Positions 1 through 15,486 of a stretch of DNA of 64,000 nt are shown here, piece after piece. A program made the translations under genes and the position numbers. Each line of letters starts with the position of its first letter. The stretch's first letter is position 1. The stretch is from the human T2T-CHM13v2.0 reference genome, Homo sapiens: NCBI RefSeq assembly GCF_009914755.1, contig NC_060938.1, one strand, 5' to 3'. The notes beneath the pieces are model-generated. The model had not been told where the DNA came from and ran no database searches. It worked only from the letters and a program-made list of their open reading frames with translations.

Positions 1-322
1 GAATCTCCTGTCTGTGGGTTGCAAAGGCCGTGGGAAAAGCATAGTATCTGGGCCAGATAGCACCATCCCTCACAACAGGGTCTCTCACAGCTTCCTTTGG
101 CTAGGGGAGGGAGTTCCCTGACCCCTTGCCATTCCCGGGTGAGGCAATGGCAATGCCCCACCTTGCTTCTGCTCGCCCTCTGTGGGCTGCACCCACTGTC
201 TAACCAGTCCCAATGAGATGAACCGGGTACCTCAGTCAGAAATGCAGAAATCATCTGCCTTCTGAGTTGGTCTGCTGGGAACTACAGACCGGAGCTGTTC
301 ATATTCAACCATCTTGCCCGGG
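1..322 (-). mobile_element. 5' UTR start of an older primate LINE-1 (L1PA7/8-like), continuing beyond the left window edge
   Basis: Reverse complement reads gggcaagatggttgaatatgaacagctccggtctgtagttccc, the L1PA 5' terminus. Confidence 0.85.
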
Positions 323-334
323 AATCTGAAATTC

Positions 335-1010
335 TTTTTTGTTAAATCCAACATCTGGTTATCTTTGGGTCAGTCTTTTCAGTATGGGTCACATTTTCTT
401 ATATCTTCATGTCCAGTAATTTTGGATTATACCTGGATATTGTGAATGATACATTGTGGAAAATCTGGATTCTTTCTGTTTCTCCAAAGAGGTTCATTTT
501 TGTTTGCTTATATTGGCAAAAAGTTAACTAGGCTGTACTCAAACTCCAGACTCTGAAATCTCAGTTCAGTTCTTTTGGCCTTGGCTGGGTAGCTTGGAGT
601 CTTCCTGGACATGTGTAGCTCAGGGGGCAGTCAGATATTTTGGCAGTTAATATACAGGATTTGGGGGCTCCCTCTTTGTGGCTCTCTTTTCCAGGATTCC
701 TTCCTTACCTTCAGCTGCTGGCTGCCTCAAGCCCTGTCCTCAGTAAGGATGTGGGTTTTCTATCTATGCTTTGTTTTCTTAGTATACCATCTGAGACTTC
801 TCTTCAGGCTAAAATCTATAAGAAATTGGAAACCCACCCAGTGCCACTCCCTTTCTCCAAATGTCCATCCATAATTCATATGCATGTGCCTGCTTTGGCT
901 TGATTTCTAATGCCTTCCGAAGGTTGTGTTTTTATTTTATGCAGAGTTTGTCGTTATTTGAGAGAGGGTTATTCTGACAGAAGCTACTCTACCATTACCA
1001 GAAGCAGAAA
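335..1010 (-). mobile_element. Ancient L1M-type LINE 5' region fragment
   Basis: T-rich degenerate similarity to mammalian L1M 5' ends; recognised by eye only. Confidence 0.45.
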
Positions 1011-1381
1011 CCAACACTTGCCATTAAAATCCAGAAATTTTCTGTCTATTGCCTCTAGTGTTTGTCTGATTTTTAATCCAGTTAGAAGCTCAATGAAATC
1101 TTTCCTTCTCTCTGTGCTTCCTTGTGTCCTTCCTTCCCTGGGGCTATAAGATTCAACCTCACTGTCTAATGTTAATGCTGAAAGTGCTAAAAGAAATAAG
1201 AAAACGCATAGATAAATATTTCAAAATATGCTTCTATAAATGTATGTATATTGTGGAGGAGTTACAACATTAAAACAATAATTTGAACGAATTAGGTCAC
1301 CAGTCAAAGATGCCCTGAAGAAGGGCCAATGAGAAGAGGGAGTGCATAGGCAATAAAAACACCTAGAGCTAAAAACAAAAC

Positions 1382-1384
<3 letters not shown>

Positions 1385-1418
<34 letters not shown>
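1385..1418 (+). repeat. (AC)n microsatellite, about 17 units
   Basis: Directly visible. Confidence 0.97.
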
Positions 1419-1422
<4 letters not shown>

Positions 1423-3741
1423 AGCTGAGTGAGAGACAGATGCAGGTGAAACCCCTTAGTGAGGTGGCAGCAAGGGGAGAAGAGGGAGACATCTGGCAGG
1501 TGAAGGAGATGCTCCAAAGATAGCATAGAACCCCTCAAAATGAGAAATCCCCAAATTTTAGAATAATTATTTCATGGCACTTTAAGACTGATACTTAACA
1601 AATTACCTAAATCTAAAAGCTTTATTTTAGAGACAAGGAGACTGAGCCCCACACTTTGCCTGACTCATAATTTAGTCAAGATGCCTACTCCTCCCAGCAC
1701 AGTGTTGGTGCTGTCATATTATTTTTAGCAACAGCCTGGTACCTGTTCACACCTTCTTTTGGTTGGTTTTTTGACTAATCAACGTTGTGTGTGATAGCTT
1801 TAGGTCTCAGCCATTCAGGTGATGCTTAAACATGATGGGGAATTCTAACATAGAACTTTTTGGGTTTTTTTCTATGTATATCTCAGAGTTTAAGTCACAG
1901 CAGAGTGAATTGAAGCTTTTTTATGATTGTGTAGAAAACCCTAGGCTCCAACTCTCTTTTCTAATTATGATAAAGCCACGTGGCCTGTCTCGGATTGCTT
2001 GGCATAGTGTCCGGGTATCAGTGGCTCACAGGATTTTACAAAGAATAATTTGGATTAGCTCATAAATTTATTGAAGGAGGTATCTATTAGATGTTCCTGT
2101 CTGTCTGTGTGGCTGCTATTGACAATAATAAAATGATGTGAGTTTCAAATTCTCCTGTCCCATAATGCCTTCAGATTTTATCAGTCAGAATCTGCATTCT
2201 TTCCTAAGGTATCTTTTTATCATCTCAAATAAGAATGACAAGCTGAGATCATTGAATTTAAAAAATTTTATTTTAAATTCTGCTTCTATTTCCGCAGGTT
2301 TATCCTCTCCTCTCAATTTTGGTGTTATAATAAAGGTTAACATCTTCTGGACAAATCTATATATATCAAGATGAATAGAACAGTCTTTTTACTCAAAAGA
2401 TAGAATGTGCTTCTAATGACAGCAATGGCCAAGTGAAGAGAGTAAACCACTGTTCACAACCCAAGGTCAAGAGTTGCTATAGTTTCTTTTGAAATGATGC
2501 CGCATACCCTTCTGCCTCCTGCCAAATAATAAGAGCCCACTCATTCAATCAGTAAGGTAACAAATAACTCCAAAGTGACCAATGCAATCAAAAAGCAACC
2601 TACCTTTAAAGGAAAATAAATGCAAGCATTAGGGCTTGTTTTTTTTTTTTCTTAAACAAAAAATATAAACGTCAATATTCTTTTAAAATCTATAATATTT
2701 ACCATGTTATTTTTGGACTGCATAGCCCAAAGATAATTTAAAAGTTAGCATTTGGAAATAACAAAAACAGCAGACATCTTTTTTTTTTTAAGTTTTTCAG
2801 GTTTAATATTAGAATCCTCACTAAGAATATCTTCTCCAGTCCCCAACTACTGTTAGTTGCAGTGACAAGCCTGGTGACCTCTATACTATATAATCTAAAT
2901 TCATGTATACTATTAATAAATATTTTCTAAATGCTGAATTCTAATCGTTCTTAAAACATAAAGTGATTTATTATTTCTAAAACACTACCTATGCAAATAT
3001 ACTACAGAATAAATGATATCTGATTAAGCAAATTTACAAAATCTCTAACAAACTCCACTAGGCTATGAGATAATATTCAGACACTGCCATCAAAATTCCA
3101 TGCAAGGACCCTTAACCAATAACAATGGTCAGTGCCCATGAGCCGGAGCAGGAAGAGAGGTAAGAGACATCTTTTTGACACCTTCACATCCCTTTGACTC
3201 TTGGCCAGATTTTTTTCCCCGCCATGCCCCTAGCAGTTTTTGGACACTATCTTCCTTAGCCTGGACAAAGTAAATAATCAATACTGGCCCCCTTTAACCT
3301 CCAGACAACTTTATCCTATCTGAATATAGTTGGTGTATAATATTAATTGGACACTCACACCAACTTATTTTTTGTGAGTGTCCTATGGCTAATTTCAAAC
3401 CCTCTGCTCTAAGTATTGAATGTATCCATTCAATGAACAAATATTTGAGTGCCTGCTAGATGTCAGGCAACATAACAAGACAGACCTAGACAAAGAAGGG
3501 GATGGGTGTTCCAGACAATGGAAGGCCTGTGTATAGTTTTCCTAGTGCCAACCAAGAGCATCTTTGGCTGCTGAGTTGCCTCTTGCCACTCGGCACACTA
3601 ATCCATCTGGGATCTTGAGTGATCTTACCTCTGTTAATCTCAATCTATCTAAGACTTTATATCAAGAAAAATAAGATTTTATTGTATAAGTACTTATTTT
3701 AGTGGTAGTTTGTGATTCAGCCCGTTATTGTTAATCTTTGA

Positions 3742-5216
<1,475 letters not shown>

Positions 5217-5950
5217 GAAAATTAACCCATCAAGCTAATTTTCAAGAAAAAATGTGACAATCACATATTACGTCAATCTGATAGTATCTGATTTTTACAC
5301 AACTGTATCAGATTTTTAAATGTAAAAAGTGCATTTTTGCATATATGCATCAGTGAGGCTAATAGTATAAATAACAAGTAAATAAAGTACAACTGACAGG
5401 TAAGAACAGTGGTACCAATATGGTCCCTAAGATAAATTACACTTTCTTTCATTTTGAAGTTTTTCTTTAGATACTCATACCCTCTGACTAAATTGCTTGA
5501 ATAGATAAATTGTCATCACTAAGATACATGTAATTTGGGGCCTTTTGATGCTTCAGTAACAAAACAAAAATCAGTTTTTCATGTATCATAATTCCTTTAA
5601 GTCTTTATTGAACTAATTCATCTTAAAGCAAATTGAAAAACATAACTGAGAACTATACTTGGTTAGATTGGAAAAGAACATATTTGCTTGTAGTTTGGCA
5701 CTGTAATTATATTTTTTAATACACAATGTCCCTGAGGGTTTTACATTAGAAATAATCCCCAGGGAATGTACTTTAAGACATGAATGCATACAAGTATACA
5801 GAAAATATTATTAACACATAAATATAATGTCTTCAGTTTTAAACAAATTAATTTTGTCCCTGCTTTAAAAAATATCTTTTCTTGTGTATGATGTCACAAA
5901 ATGACATTAGAAGTACAATATTTAATATTAAAGCTGAAAAATAAAAATCA

Positions 5951-6052
5951 GGCTGTTGGAAGATAGTTATCTCAATTGATTGTTCATAGTTACAGATGGA
6001 ACTCCTTGTTCTACTCTTTCCCCCTTCTCACTACTGCACTTGACTAGTCTTT
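5951..6052 (+). pseudogene. Y RNA (RNY1/hY1-derived) retro-pseudogene
   Basis: agttatctcaattgattgttc...gaactccttgttctactctttcccccttctcactactgcacttgactagtcttt matches hY1; A-rich flanks. Confidence 0.93.
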
Positions 6053-6159
6053 AAATAAATAAGTACAAAAACTACCTCAAACTCATTCCTTTAAGGTAAA
6101 TAAAAAAGAAAAATATATAATATAATTATATAGTATATGTAAAAAAAAAAAAAAAACTA

Positions 6160-6357
6160 AGACCAGCCTGGCCAACATGGTGAAAACCCGTCTCTACTAA
6201 ATATACAAAAATTAGCTGGGCATGATGGCACATGCCTGTAAACCCAGCTACTCAGGAGTCTGATGAACCCAGGAGCCAGAGGTTGCAGTGAGACAAGATA
6301 CAGCCACTGCACTTCAGCCTGGGCGACACAGCAAAACTCCATCTCAAAAAACAAAAA
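6160..6357 (+). mobile_element. 5'-truncated Alu with an internal deletion
   Basis: Starts gaccagcctggccaacatgg; right arm and A tail; aaaaacta on both sides. Confidence 0.9.
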
Positions 6358-7404
6358 CTAGATGAGGGTGATATCAAGTAAGAATACCAGCATGCTGCAG
6401 GAAAAATAAAGAATGCTACCTCATTTCAGATAGAAACAAAAATATGTCTCCAGAGTTTAGCTCTTCCTACTACAGTTTTCTAGAAACAACTGAAAAGGAC
6501 AGGGGAAGAAGGGAACTTCCTGACATCCTATGCTCTGTGATAGGCTCAGGGGACTTATTAGGGAACAGAGCAGACATGTTCCCTGCCCTTATAGACTTTA
6601 CATGAGACAGACTGACAAGAACTGAGAAAATATAGTCTTACAAACAATGATGAAGCAACCAAGTGCTATGAGAGAGAACAATGAAAAACTCTGCTTCAGA
6701 TGAAGACCTACTCATCACCAGTTCCCGAAGATAAATACACAAAAGGCTTTTTGTTGCTAGTTTTAATGTTTTTGTTGTTAATTACTATGAAACGTGACAA
6801 AAATAAATGACATTATGAAAATTTAAGAAACCTTACCTAGAGCTTATAAACATTGTCCCTGGGCTGTATTAGTTCCTGACTTGTTTTTTCTCAAATCATA
6901 ATGAAGCCATAGTGTTTACTTCATATTTAAAAAAAAATTGTGAAGAATAATAATCCATTTCAAGAATGGCTTGTGCATATATTTAACCCCAGCGATGGTA
7001 CCACACAGAATCTATTGTCCTTGGCCTGGCCAGCATGGAAAATATAAATGGGAATACGTAACACAGTTGCAGTACTCTATCTCGTCTCTTAACCACCAGT
7101 TTCAGGCTCCATAAAATCAATTCAACAGAGACAGATATTGATCATGAAGACAGCTAAAGCAAAGAGATCAACTCTGTCCATTTCTTCTCATTTTTCTAGC
7201 AGTTCCTCAAGGTCAGGGAACATGTCTACCTCATTCTGTAAATCTTCATTAGGCCTAAGACAGGGCCATTCACAAAAGGGGTCCCTCCAGGTACCCTTGA
7301 GGGAAGAGAAGGTATTAAAGGATTCAGTGAGTTATTTTCCCTGAAAGTAAACGCAGCCTCTTGAAACAGTGAATACATAAATCTGACTGAGAAAAGATGC
7401 ATGG

Positions 7405-7669
<265 letters not shown>

Positions 7670-7672
<3 letters not shown>

Positions 7673-7721
7673 GAGAGAGAGAGAGAAAGAAAAGAAAGAA
7701 AGAAAAGAAAGAAAGAAAGAA

Positions 7722-7784
<63 letters not shown>

Positions 7785-7967
7785 GGAAAGAAAAGAAAAT
7801 AAAAGAAAGGGAGGGAGGGAGAGAGAAAGGAAAGGAAAGGAAGAAAAGAAAAGAAAGAAATAAGGGAGAAAGAAAAAGAAAGAAAGAAGAAAGAAAGAGA
7901 CAGAAAGAGAGAGAGGGAGGAAGGAAGGAAGGAAGGAAGGAAGGAAGGAAGGAAGGAAGGAAGGAAA
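7670..7967 (+). repeat. Compound (GA)n/(GAAA)n/(GGAA)n purine tract
   Basis: Directly visible; about 300 nt with only a few pyrimidines. Confidence 0.97.
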
Positions 7968-8737
7968 GGAGTGCATGTGAGAAAGTCGTAGTGACGAGAT
8001 TGGATGGTGTGTTGGGGGATAGCCTGAGAAAGGCCTGGACAACCAGGTCAGGGAGCTGGAACTCTGTAGAAAATGAAGTCATCAAAGGGAACTCCAGATG
8101 CACTACTTAATGCTGGAAGGAGACTACAGGGAGCTTGGAAGGAAAGAGAGACAGAATCTACAGAAACTGTCAGGATGTGATTAAGAAAGACAGTGGAAAG
8201 GGATGATGATGGCGAGAGATATGATGATAATTGAGTCATAGTGATTAATGATAAGAAAGAATATAGAAGAGGAGGAAAGTAAAGATGACTCCAAGGCTCC
8301 CACTCACTTGCCTGAAAGAAGAGTAAAGCCACTGACAAATGGGATCTCATGGAAATCAGAAGGGGAGTCAGTTTGGAGGGACGATGATAAATTTGGTTTT
8401 AACCATGTTGAGTTTGAGATGACACTGAAGATCTTAAATGGAAATATTCAATTGGCAGTTTGTTATTTATTTGGAATTATAATCCTTTTTTAAAAGATTG
8501 AATTAGTTTGATTAAATTCAAAACAACACAAGGTACAATTTTTTTTAATGACAGCAATACAAAAGCCCACTGAAATAATTAGAGGAATAGCCATTACCAG
8601 ATATCAATGAGTTAATTAGGAAACAACTGGAAGCTCAGAGCTGGAGCTCAGGAAAGAGGTAGGTTTAGAACTATAAATGCAGGTGTCATCTGCATACAAA
8701 TATTTTTAAGAATTCTAGGTCAGTCCCTGTGCTCTCA

Positions 8738-8944
8738 GAGGGATGTCCAAGGGAAAGAATACAGTCACGGCTTCTTAGCTTCGGTTTCTGTTTCTGTTTG
8801 GGCTGGTAAAGCCCTTTCCTCTTCCCTCTTTTCTGCTTATCACTACAGACAGAAACTAAAAACCATGGCTTCAAGGCTGCTAAAAGCCTAAAACAAAGCA
8901 AAACAGGACAACAACAACAAAATATGGTGAGTTGGACAAGCTTG
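8738..8944. mobile_element. Non-autonomous hAT-Charlie DNA transposon (MER107/MER30 group)
   Basis: Imperfect terminal inverted repeats gatgtccaa / ttggacaagcttg; internal sequence matches recalled consensus. Confidence 0.6.
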
Positions 8945-8995
8945 TTAGGGTGTGTAGGAGGAACAAGAAAGGCTCCAGAATGGGATTAAGAAGGT

Positions 8996-9130
8996 GGTTG
9001 GGTGCAATGACTCACACCATAATCCCAGCACTTTGGGAGGCCAAGGTGGGAGGATCCCTTGAAGCCAGTAAGTAGTTTGAGGCAAGCCTGGTTAACTAAA
9101 GGAAACTTTGTCTCTATAAAAGAAGGCAAA
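8996..9130 (+). mobile_element. Alu left monomer (FLAM-like)
   Basis: Single Alu arm followed by A-rich sequence. Confidence 0.85.
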
Positions 9131-11056
9131 AGAGAAATAACTGGAGCCCAGAGGATTTTTCTTGAAGCCACATTTGCACAAAAAGAGCACTGGGTTTTGT
9201 ATGTTTGTTTGCTTGTTTGTTTTTAAGACTTAAAGTTTTTTGGTAACAGGAAGCATAAAGCTCCCTCCCCAAGTCACCCCTTGGCTCTAACAATGGTGCT
9301 AAACAAAGGAAGCCCTCTGCCCTCATGGAGCTAACAGACTAGTCTAGGAAAGAAATCATTTTGCAAGAGAAGGTAAAAGGTAAGGCAAAGAAGGAAAATA
9401 AATTATGTAAGAGAATACTTCAGATGGGATGGGGGACATAATTCAGATTATAAAAATCAAGAAAGGCCATCTAAGTGATGGTGGAGCTAAAGCCTGAAGA
9501 ATGAGTTGGAGGAAGCCAGAGGAGAGAGATGTGCCGACAGAATAGCATGTGCAAAGGCCCTGGGGAAGAAAAGGTCTTGCTATTCTTGAGGAGCAGGGAT
9601 AAAAGGGCAGGTGGCCGGTTCAGAAAGCAAAGAGGACAGTGCACAATACTAGGTTAAATAGGTAGTAGACATTTTACAGATGAGTCCTTTCTGAGGACTC
9701 TTAACCTCAAGAAAGTTAAGTAACACACCCAAGCTTACCCAGCTGGAAACTGAAAGCCAGTCCCAGAATCTAGGTCCGTTTGACTCAAAGTCTATACTCC
9801 TATCCCCTCCAGCAGACTTCCCAAATCTTCCAGATTTTAAGACTTACTTGAGCTGCTTGTTAATATACAGTTTCCAGGCCTATCCTAAAACTCCAGAACC
9901 AAAATTCCATAAAGAGCAGCATCAGGTAGAGTCCCTCAGGAAAGAGACAGTACGTTCAAAGTGGATAATTTGAGAGGAGCTTAATAAAGGTCCTAGATTA
10001 GTCCCTAATACAGGAGGGAAGCCCAATCTCCAAAATCTTCTGTTTCTCCCACTTAAAAATGTAGAAAACATGCACTCACTGAACCAAAGATGATGCCTGT
10101 GAGTTCAGTGCCATCATTCTGTCAATTAATTTGGCTTTCACATAAGGGGCTGTTTTGCTAGAATACAGAATTACTACATTATGAAATGCTAATTGTTTTT
10201 GCTATCCTGCAAGACTTGCCTGGAATATGAGATGCGCATTAAGATATAATATAATTGTGGCTGCTCTTACCCTATTCAAATGTATTTTTCATCTCCAACA
10301 GGCTCAGGTAAGTGGCCCTTATTTTTTTAATTTCCAGCATCCTACTCTATCTCCCACCTCTTGCAGCCTAGGGACTCTTCCCTAATATTAAAACAATAGT
10401 GAGACTTCTTGTTTTAAACAAACGTATTAGAACTTCTGCATGCAAATAAGTCTTATCTTTCTAAATAATCACCTTGGAAGGCTCAATATTTAGTCCACAT
10501 GGCTGCATTTTTATACCAGTGAACTCTTATTAAAATACTATATTAAGATAAACTCTGAAAGAGAAAAGAAGACTCATCAGAGAAGGATGACATATATCAG
10601 CTTGCGAGCTACGTGTAAAGGCAGGGCTACATTCTGCATTAACGGCCATGGAGAGTTTACTGGTAAGCAGAAACCTTGGTTCTTCTTTACCACCAGCTGG
10701 TAAACCCTCCTCTTAGCCTCCTTGCCAGCTGCCCCCTCTGATTCAGTCCCATTACCTGATCAGGACAGAATGAAATACATAACTGATGGAAGTGTTGCTA
10801 AAAAAAATGAGGTGGAGAGGAAGAAGGGAGGGAGGGAGGGAAGGAAGGAAGGAAAGAAGGGAGGGAGGGAGGGAGGGAGGGAATCAAGGGGAAATAAATG
10901 CCTTTTGGAGAAGTACCTGAAATTCTGGTGTCAATAAGACATTATTAAGCACTCATGTTGCAGAGTGTGAGCTGTTTATACTTGTAAATACTTGAAGCTG
11001 CTGAAGTGTTCAACCACAGTGGGTTGGTTAAATAAATAGATTACGGACTGTCCATA

Positions 11057-12422
11057 TGAGATGCAGCAGGGGCCCCTCTTAGGGGCCTGAAGGCCCCCCA
11101 AGCATAGAAATAAAGGAAAGTCTTGAGTTCCTTCAAAGGAAATTCCAAGCGCCAAGGAAGTCCTAAAAAGTAAATAAGTAACTTGATCAGGAAGAAGATA
11201 ATAGTAGCTTAAAACAATATGCAAGGAAGTTTGAATCATAGGTTGTTTGGTCCTCTAAAGGAACTGAAGATAACATCTAACATATGTCCCTGAGTTGTTT
11301 TTCAGAAACCTGGACCACCACCAAACAGATGCACTGGCACACAGACCTCAGATAAGGTGGAACAGAGGACTGAAGTCTGACCGTCGTTCTTTGTTCTAAA
11401 TTTCTTTGTAAGTGGCCTGGAGGAAGTCACACCCACAAGCCAGAGCTAATACTCTTTTCTGCTGACCCCAAATTTTTAAACAAAGCTTCTCTTCCTTAGC
11501 CAATTGCAAATCAGAAAACCTCTGAATCTACCTATGGCCTGTAAGCCCCCACGTCAAGATATCCTGCCCTTTTAGGCCAAAACCAATGTGTAATCACCAT
11601 GTATTGATTTATGATTTTGCCTGTAATTTCTGCTTTCCTGAAATTTATCCTTGCCTTTAAAAACCCTCCTTGCAAGCCATCAGGGAAGTTGGGACTTAAA
11701 TGTGAGCTGCTGGATTCCCTTTCCTTGGTGTCCTGCAAATAAATGCCCTCCTTTCTCAAAGAACTAAAAACAGAACTACCATTTGACCCAGCAATCCCAT
11801 TACTGGATATATATACTGAAAGGAAAATAAGTTGTTCTACCAAAAAAACACATGCACTTGTATGTTCATCACAGCATTATTCACAACAGTAAAAATATGG
11901 AATCAGCCTAGATGCCCATCAAGAGTGGACTGGATAAAGAAAATGTCACATATATACACCATGGAATACTACACAGCCATAAAAAGGCACAAAATCATGT
12001 CCTTTGCAGCAACATGGATGCAGCTAGAGATCATTATCCTAAGTGAACTAACACAGGAACTGAAAATCAAATACCACATGTTCTCACTTATAAGTGGGTA
12101 GACACTGAGTACACATGGACATAAAGATGGCAACAATAGACACGGGAGACTACTAGAGAGAGGAGGCAGGGAGGGGGTAAGACTTGAAAGACTACCTTTT
12201 GGATACTATGCTCACTACCTGGGTGATGGGATCATTCATATACCAAACCTCAGCGACACACAATTTACCCATGTAACAAACTTGCACATATACTCCTCCT
12301 TGAATCTAAAATAAAAGCTGAAAAATAAAAATAATCACCCTCCCTTCTCCCACTGCAAAACTCAATGTGGATGTTTGGCCTCACTGTGCTGGGTGAGCGG
12401 ACCCCAGTTTGGTTTGATAACA
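11057..12422 (+). mobile_element. ERV1-class (MER4-group) solo LTR, interrupted by an L1; subfamily uncertain
   Basis: TG...CA termini, CCAAT boxes, tttaaaa TATA-like box, AATAAA; LTR sequence resumes after the L1 insert. Confidence 0.8.
11758..12328 (+). mobile_element. LINE-1 3' end (L1PA15/16-like) nested in the LTR
   Basis: ORF 11832..12101 is ORF2p C-terminus-like; old L1PA 3' UTR; degenerate 21-nt TSD. Confidence 0.9.
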
Positions 12423-12557
12423 CACACATAACAATGGAACAGTTTGCCATGATTTAAAGTTATAATATAGACCTATCTTCATTGGCGTAAAAACTTAAGT
12501 GATAAAAGCAAGTTACAGAACTATATATAATGTGATCTTATTTTTAAAAGATGTATG

Positions 12558-12563
<6 letters not shown>

Positions 12564-12597
<34 letters not shown>

Positions 12598-12602
12598 TGT
12601 GT
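12564..12602 (+). repeat. (TG)n microsatellite, interrupted
   Basis: Directly visible. Confidence 0.95.
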
Positions 12603-14929
12603 ACACAGAGAAAGGAGAGAGAGGAAAGGGAAGATTCTCATTAAACATCAAGATGTAAATGTATATTTTTGAGAGTGAAAAAATATGGATGATTTCTTTC
12701 CTTTTGCTTATTTCTATTTTCTAATTGTTTAACAAGGAATATGACTTACTTGTATAAAAAGTGAAAAAAGGCTGCCAAAAAGAAGACCGAGCAGCTGTGT
12801 CTGAAGACTATCATCCAAGTTTACTGTTCTATGTCATATTTAAAAGCAGGCAATATTATGCCATAGATACAGTGATAAGATTCATACACAAATCTCTGAA
12901 GTCCACATCTAACACTCTTAAAATCCTCTGACTTTGCATCTCCAAAATGTATTATTAACTGAAAAAACAAAATAAAAATGCAGGAAATGTACGAAGTATG
13001 AAATCTGTTTTTTGCAATAAATGTTGACTTTTTAATGCAGCATAATTTTTAATTCATCTTTTGTACTTCTCACTAACTTATGTATTCTATCATGTTTCCC
13101 CAGGATTGCACCTCTGTAACTGGCTTAGTGGTTTAGTCTTGATTTAACATTAATTATATTCAAATATCCATAAGCATTTTTTTTTACATTTCTACTGGCC
13201 TCTTTTCAAATAGTAAAGAAAGATGACCAGGGTAAAAGTGAACAGTATCAGCACCTAACAGCCAAACTGGTGAATATTTTTTCTCCATTCTTGTTAACAG
13301 GAGGTTAACCAAGTAAGTCATATAGAAAATAAGCCACAATTGAGAGTTTGTTGCTAACAGGCATGTAGGAAGCACATATTCTTATTCATTATTCTATTTT
13401 GGATTCAATATTAACTTCTCTTGGATCACAATGCTGCCTCTTTTGTTTCTCCATTAACATGGTGCACCCAATGGGAACATCTGCCCAACACTAATGAGCT
13501 ATTCACAGGAGAAACAAGAACAGGGTACCAGGAGCCAGCGTAAAACAATTAGAAGGGAAGGGAGACAGTTGGCTCCTGACCTACACTGAATTGCTTTTAA
13601 GAGACAGAAACAGATTTTTAATTATGTAATCCCTTTGTTCCCCATTTCCTTTAAAATGGAAAGGTCAAATACTCGTTGCAAATGCTGAGGGCCAGAGCTG
13701 ATATTTTTGTGTCTGTGATGACTGGCTGGACTGAAACCAGAAGAGGCACCCTGTTCAACCGGATGGATGCAAAGCATTTTTTCCTCTTTGTTATTACCCA
13801 AAGTCCTGTTTGGAATAATTAGTTAATAACTACTGTCTTTCTCCCTTTTTTAGCTCATTTTTCTTTCCAAACACTATTCTAAGAGAAATTTAGTCTGCCT
13901 TTGCTAAGAAAGAGAACTGTTTAAAGGCATACAGATTTGGGATAAACAGAAGTCCAGTTAAGTTTTTTTTTTTTTTTTTTTTTTTTTTTTGCAAGAGTTC
14001 ACTTTGCTTTGAGGTTGCTTTAACCTACTTTTTCTCATATTTTATTAAGTTTGCATTAAATAATGGAAGAGATTTCTTCTCACACACTTTCCCTCTTCCC
14101 TTTATGCCCACCCCCATAAGAGCCTATACCTAAATCCTTCAGAGCCCAGCTAAGTCCACCTCTTCAAAAGCGACTTCCCCGGTTGCATCAGTTCCCTCTG
14201 ACTTGCTCTTCTCTGATTTCCTGCATGTTTCTCTTTATATCATTCACCCTAGCACTCGAGCCCACATTATCTCATCTTTCATTGGCAAGAAATCTAATAA
14301 ATGGACTGCATCAGTTCACGTGACAGGAAATAAAAAGAATTAAGGCACCTGTGCCTAGATGTTGAATCAGTGTCATTGAAATCTCTCCCTCCTTCTCCGT
14401 CTCTTGGCTCTGCTTTCCTTCTGTGTACTCCCCTTCTCAGGCAAGCTCTCCCTGCAAGGCACTTATACAATCCTAGCAGCTGGAGACCCCAGGAAAAGAA
14501 GTCCTCTTTCCCAAAGTTCTAGGAGAAATCCCAGGGCTGATGGTAAGAGGTCCAGCCCTGAGTTACATGCTCACCTCTGAAAGAGGGGTGGAGATCAGCT
14601 CTACCCAAAATTCATGTTTCGTGAAGAAAAAAGGAGTGGATCCCAGAAAGAATGGAGGGATTCTGACACCAAATAGAACAATGCTGGATGGACACACGCA
14701 CATCAAAAAAAAAATTTTTTTAAGTCATCCTCATGACATAGCACCATTACTGCCCCAGATTTATGTGTGTACATCTTGCTTCACCTACCTAGAGAGTAAG
14801 TTCCTGAAGATCAGAAACTTTCACTGCTCTCCAGCAACTGGCCCAATATGAAGCACATCATTTAGTGAATGACGTGTTTCAATATCATTCACTAATGATT
14901 GTGTATATATAACATTCACTAATGATGTG

Positions 14930-15486
14930 AGTATTATTCAGGGTTCTCTAGAAGGACAGAACTAATAGTATATATGTATATATGACAGGGAGTTTACTAA
15001 GGAGAATTGACTCACACAATCACAGGGTAAAGTCCCAAGATAGGCCGTCTGCAAATTCAGAAGCAAGGAAGCCAGTGGTGGATCAGTCCAAGTCCCAAAA
15101 CCTCAAAAGTAGGGAAGCCAACAGTGCAGCTTTCAGTCTGTGGTCAAAGGCCCAAAACCACCTGGAAAACCACTAGTATAAGTCCAAGAGTCCAAAAGCT
15201 GAAGAACTTGGAGTCTGATGTTTGATGGCAGGAAGCATCCAGCACAAGAGAAAGATGAAGGCCGGAAGACTCAGCACGTCAAGTCCTTCCATCTTCTGCC
15301 TGCTTTATTCTAGCCGTGTTGGCAGCTGATTAGATGGTGCCTAGCCAGATTGAGGGTGGATCTGTCTCTGCCAGTCCATTGACTCAAATGTTAATCTCCT
15401 TTGGCAACACCATTACAGACACACCCAGGAACAGTATTTTGCATCCTTCAATCCGATCAAGTTGACACGCAATATTAAGCATCATA
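14930..15486 (-). mobile_element. MLT2A-type (ERVL) solo LTR
   Basis: gtattattcagggttctctagaaggacagaactaatag...caagttgacacgcaatattaagcatca; 5-bp TSD atgtg at 14925-14929 and 15487-15491. Confidence 0.88.
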
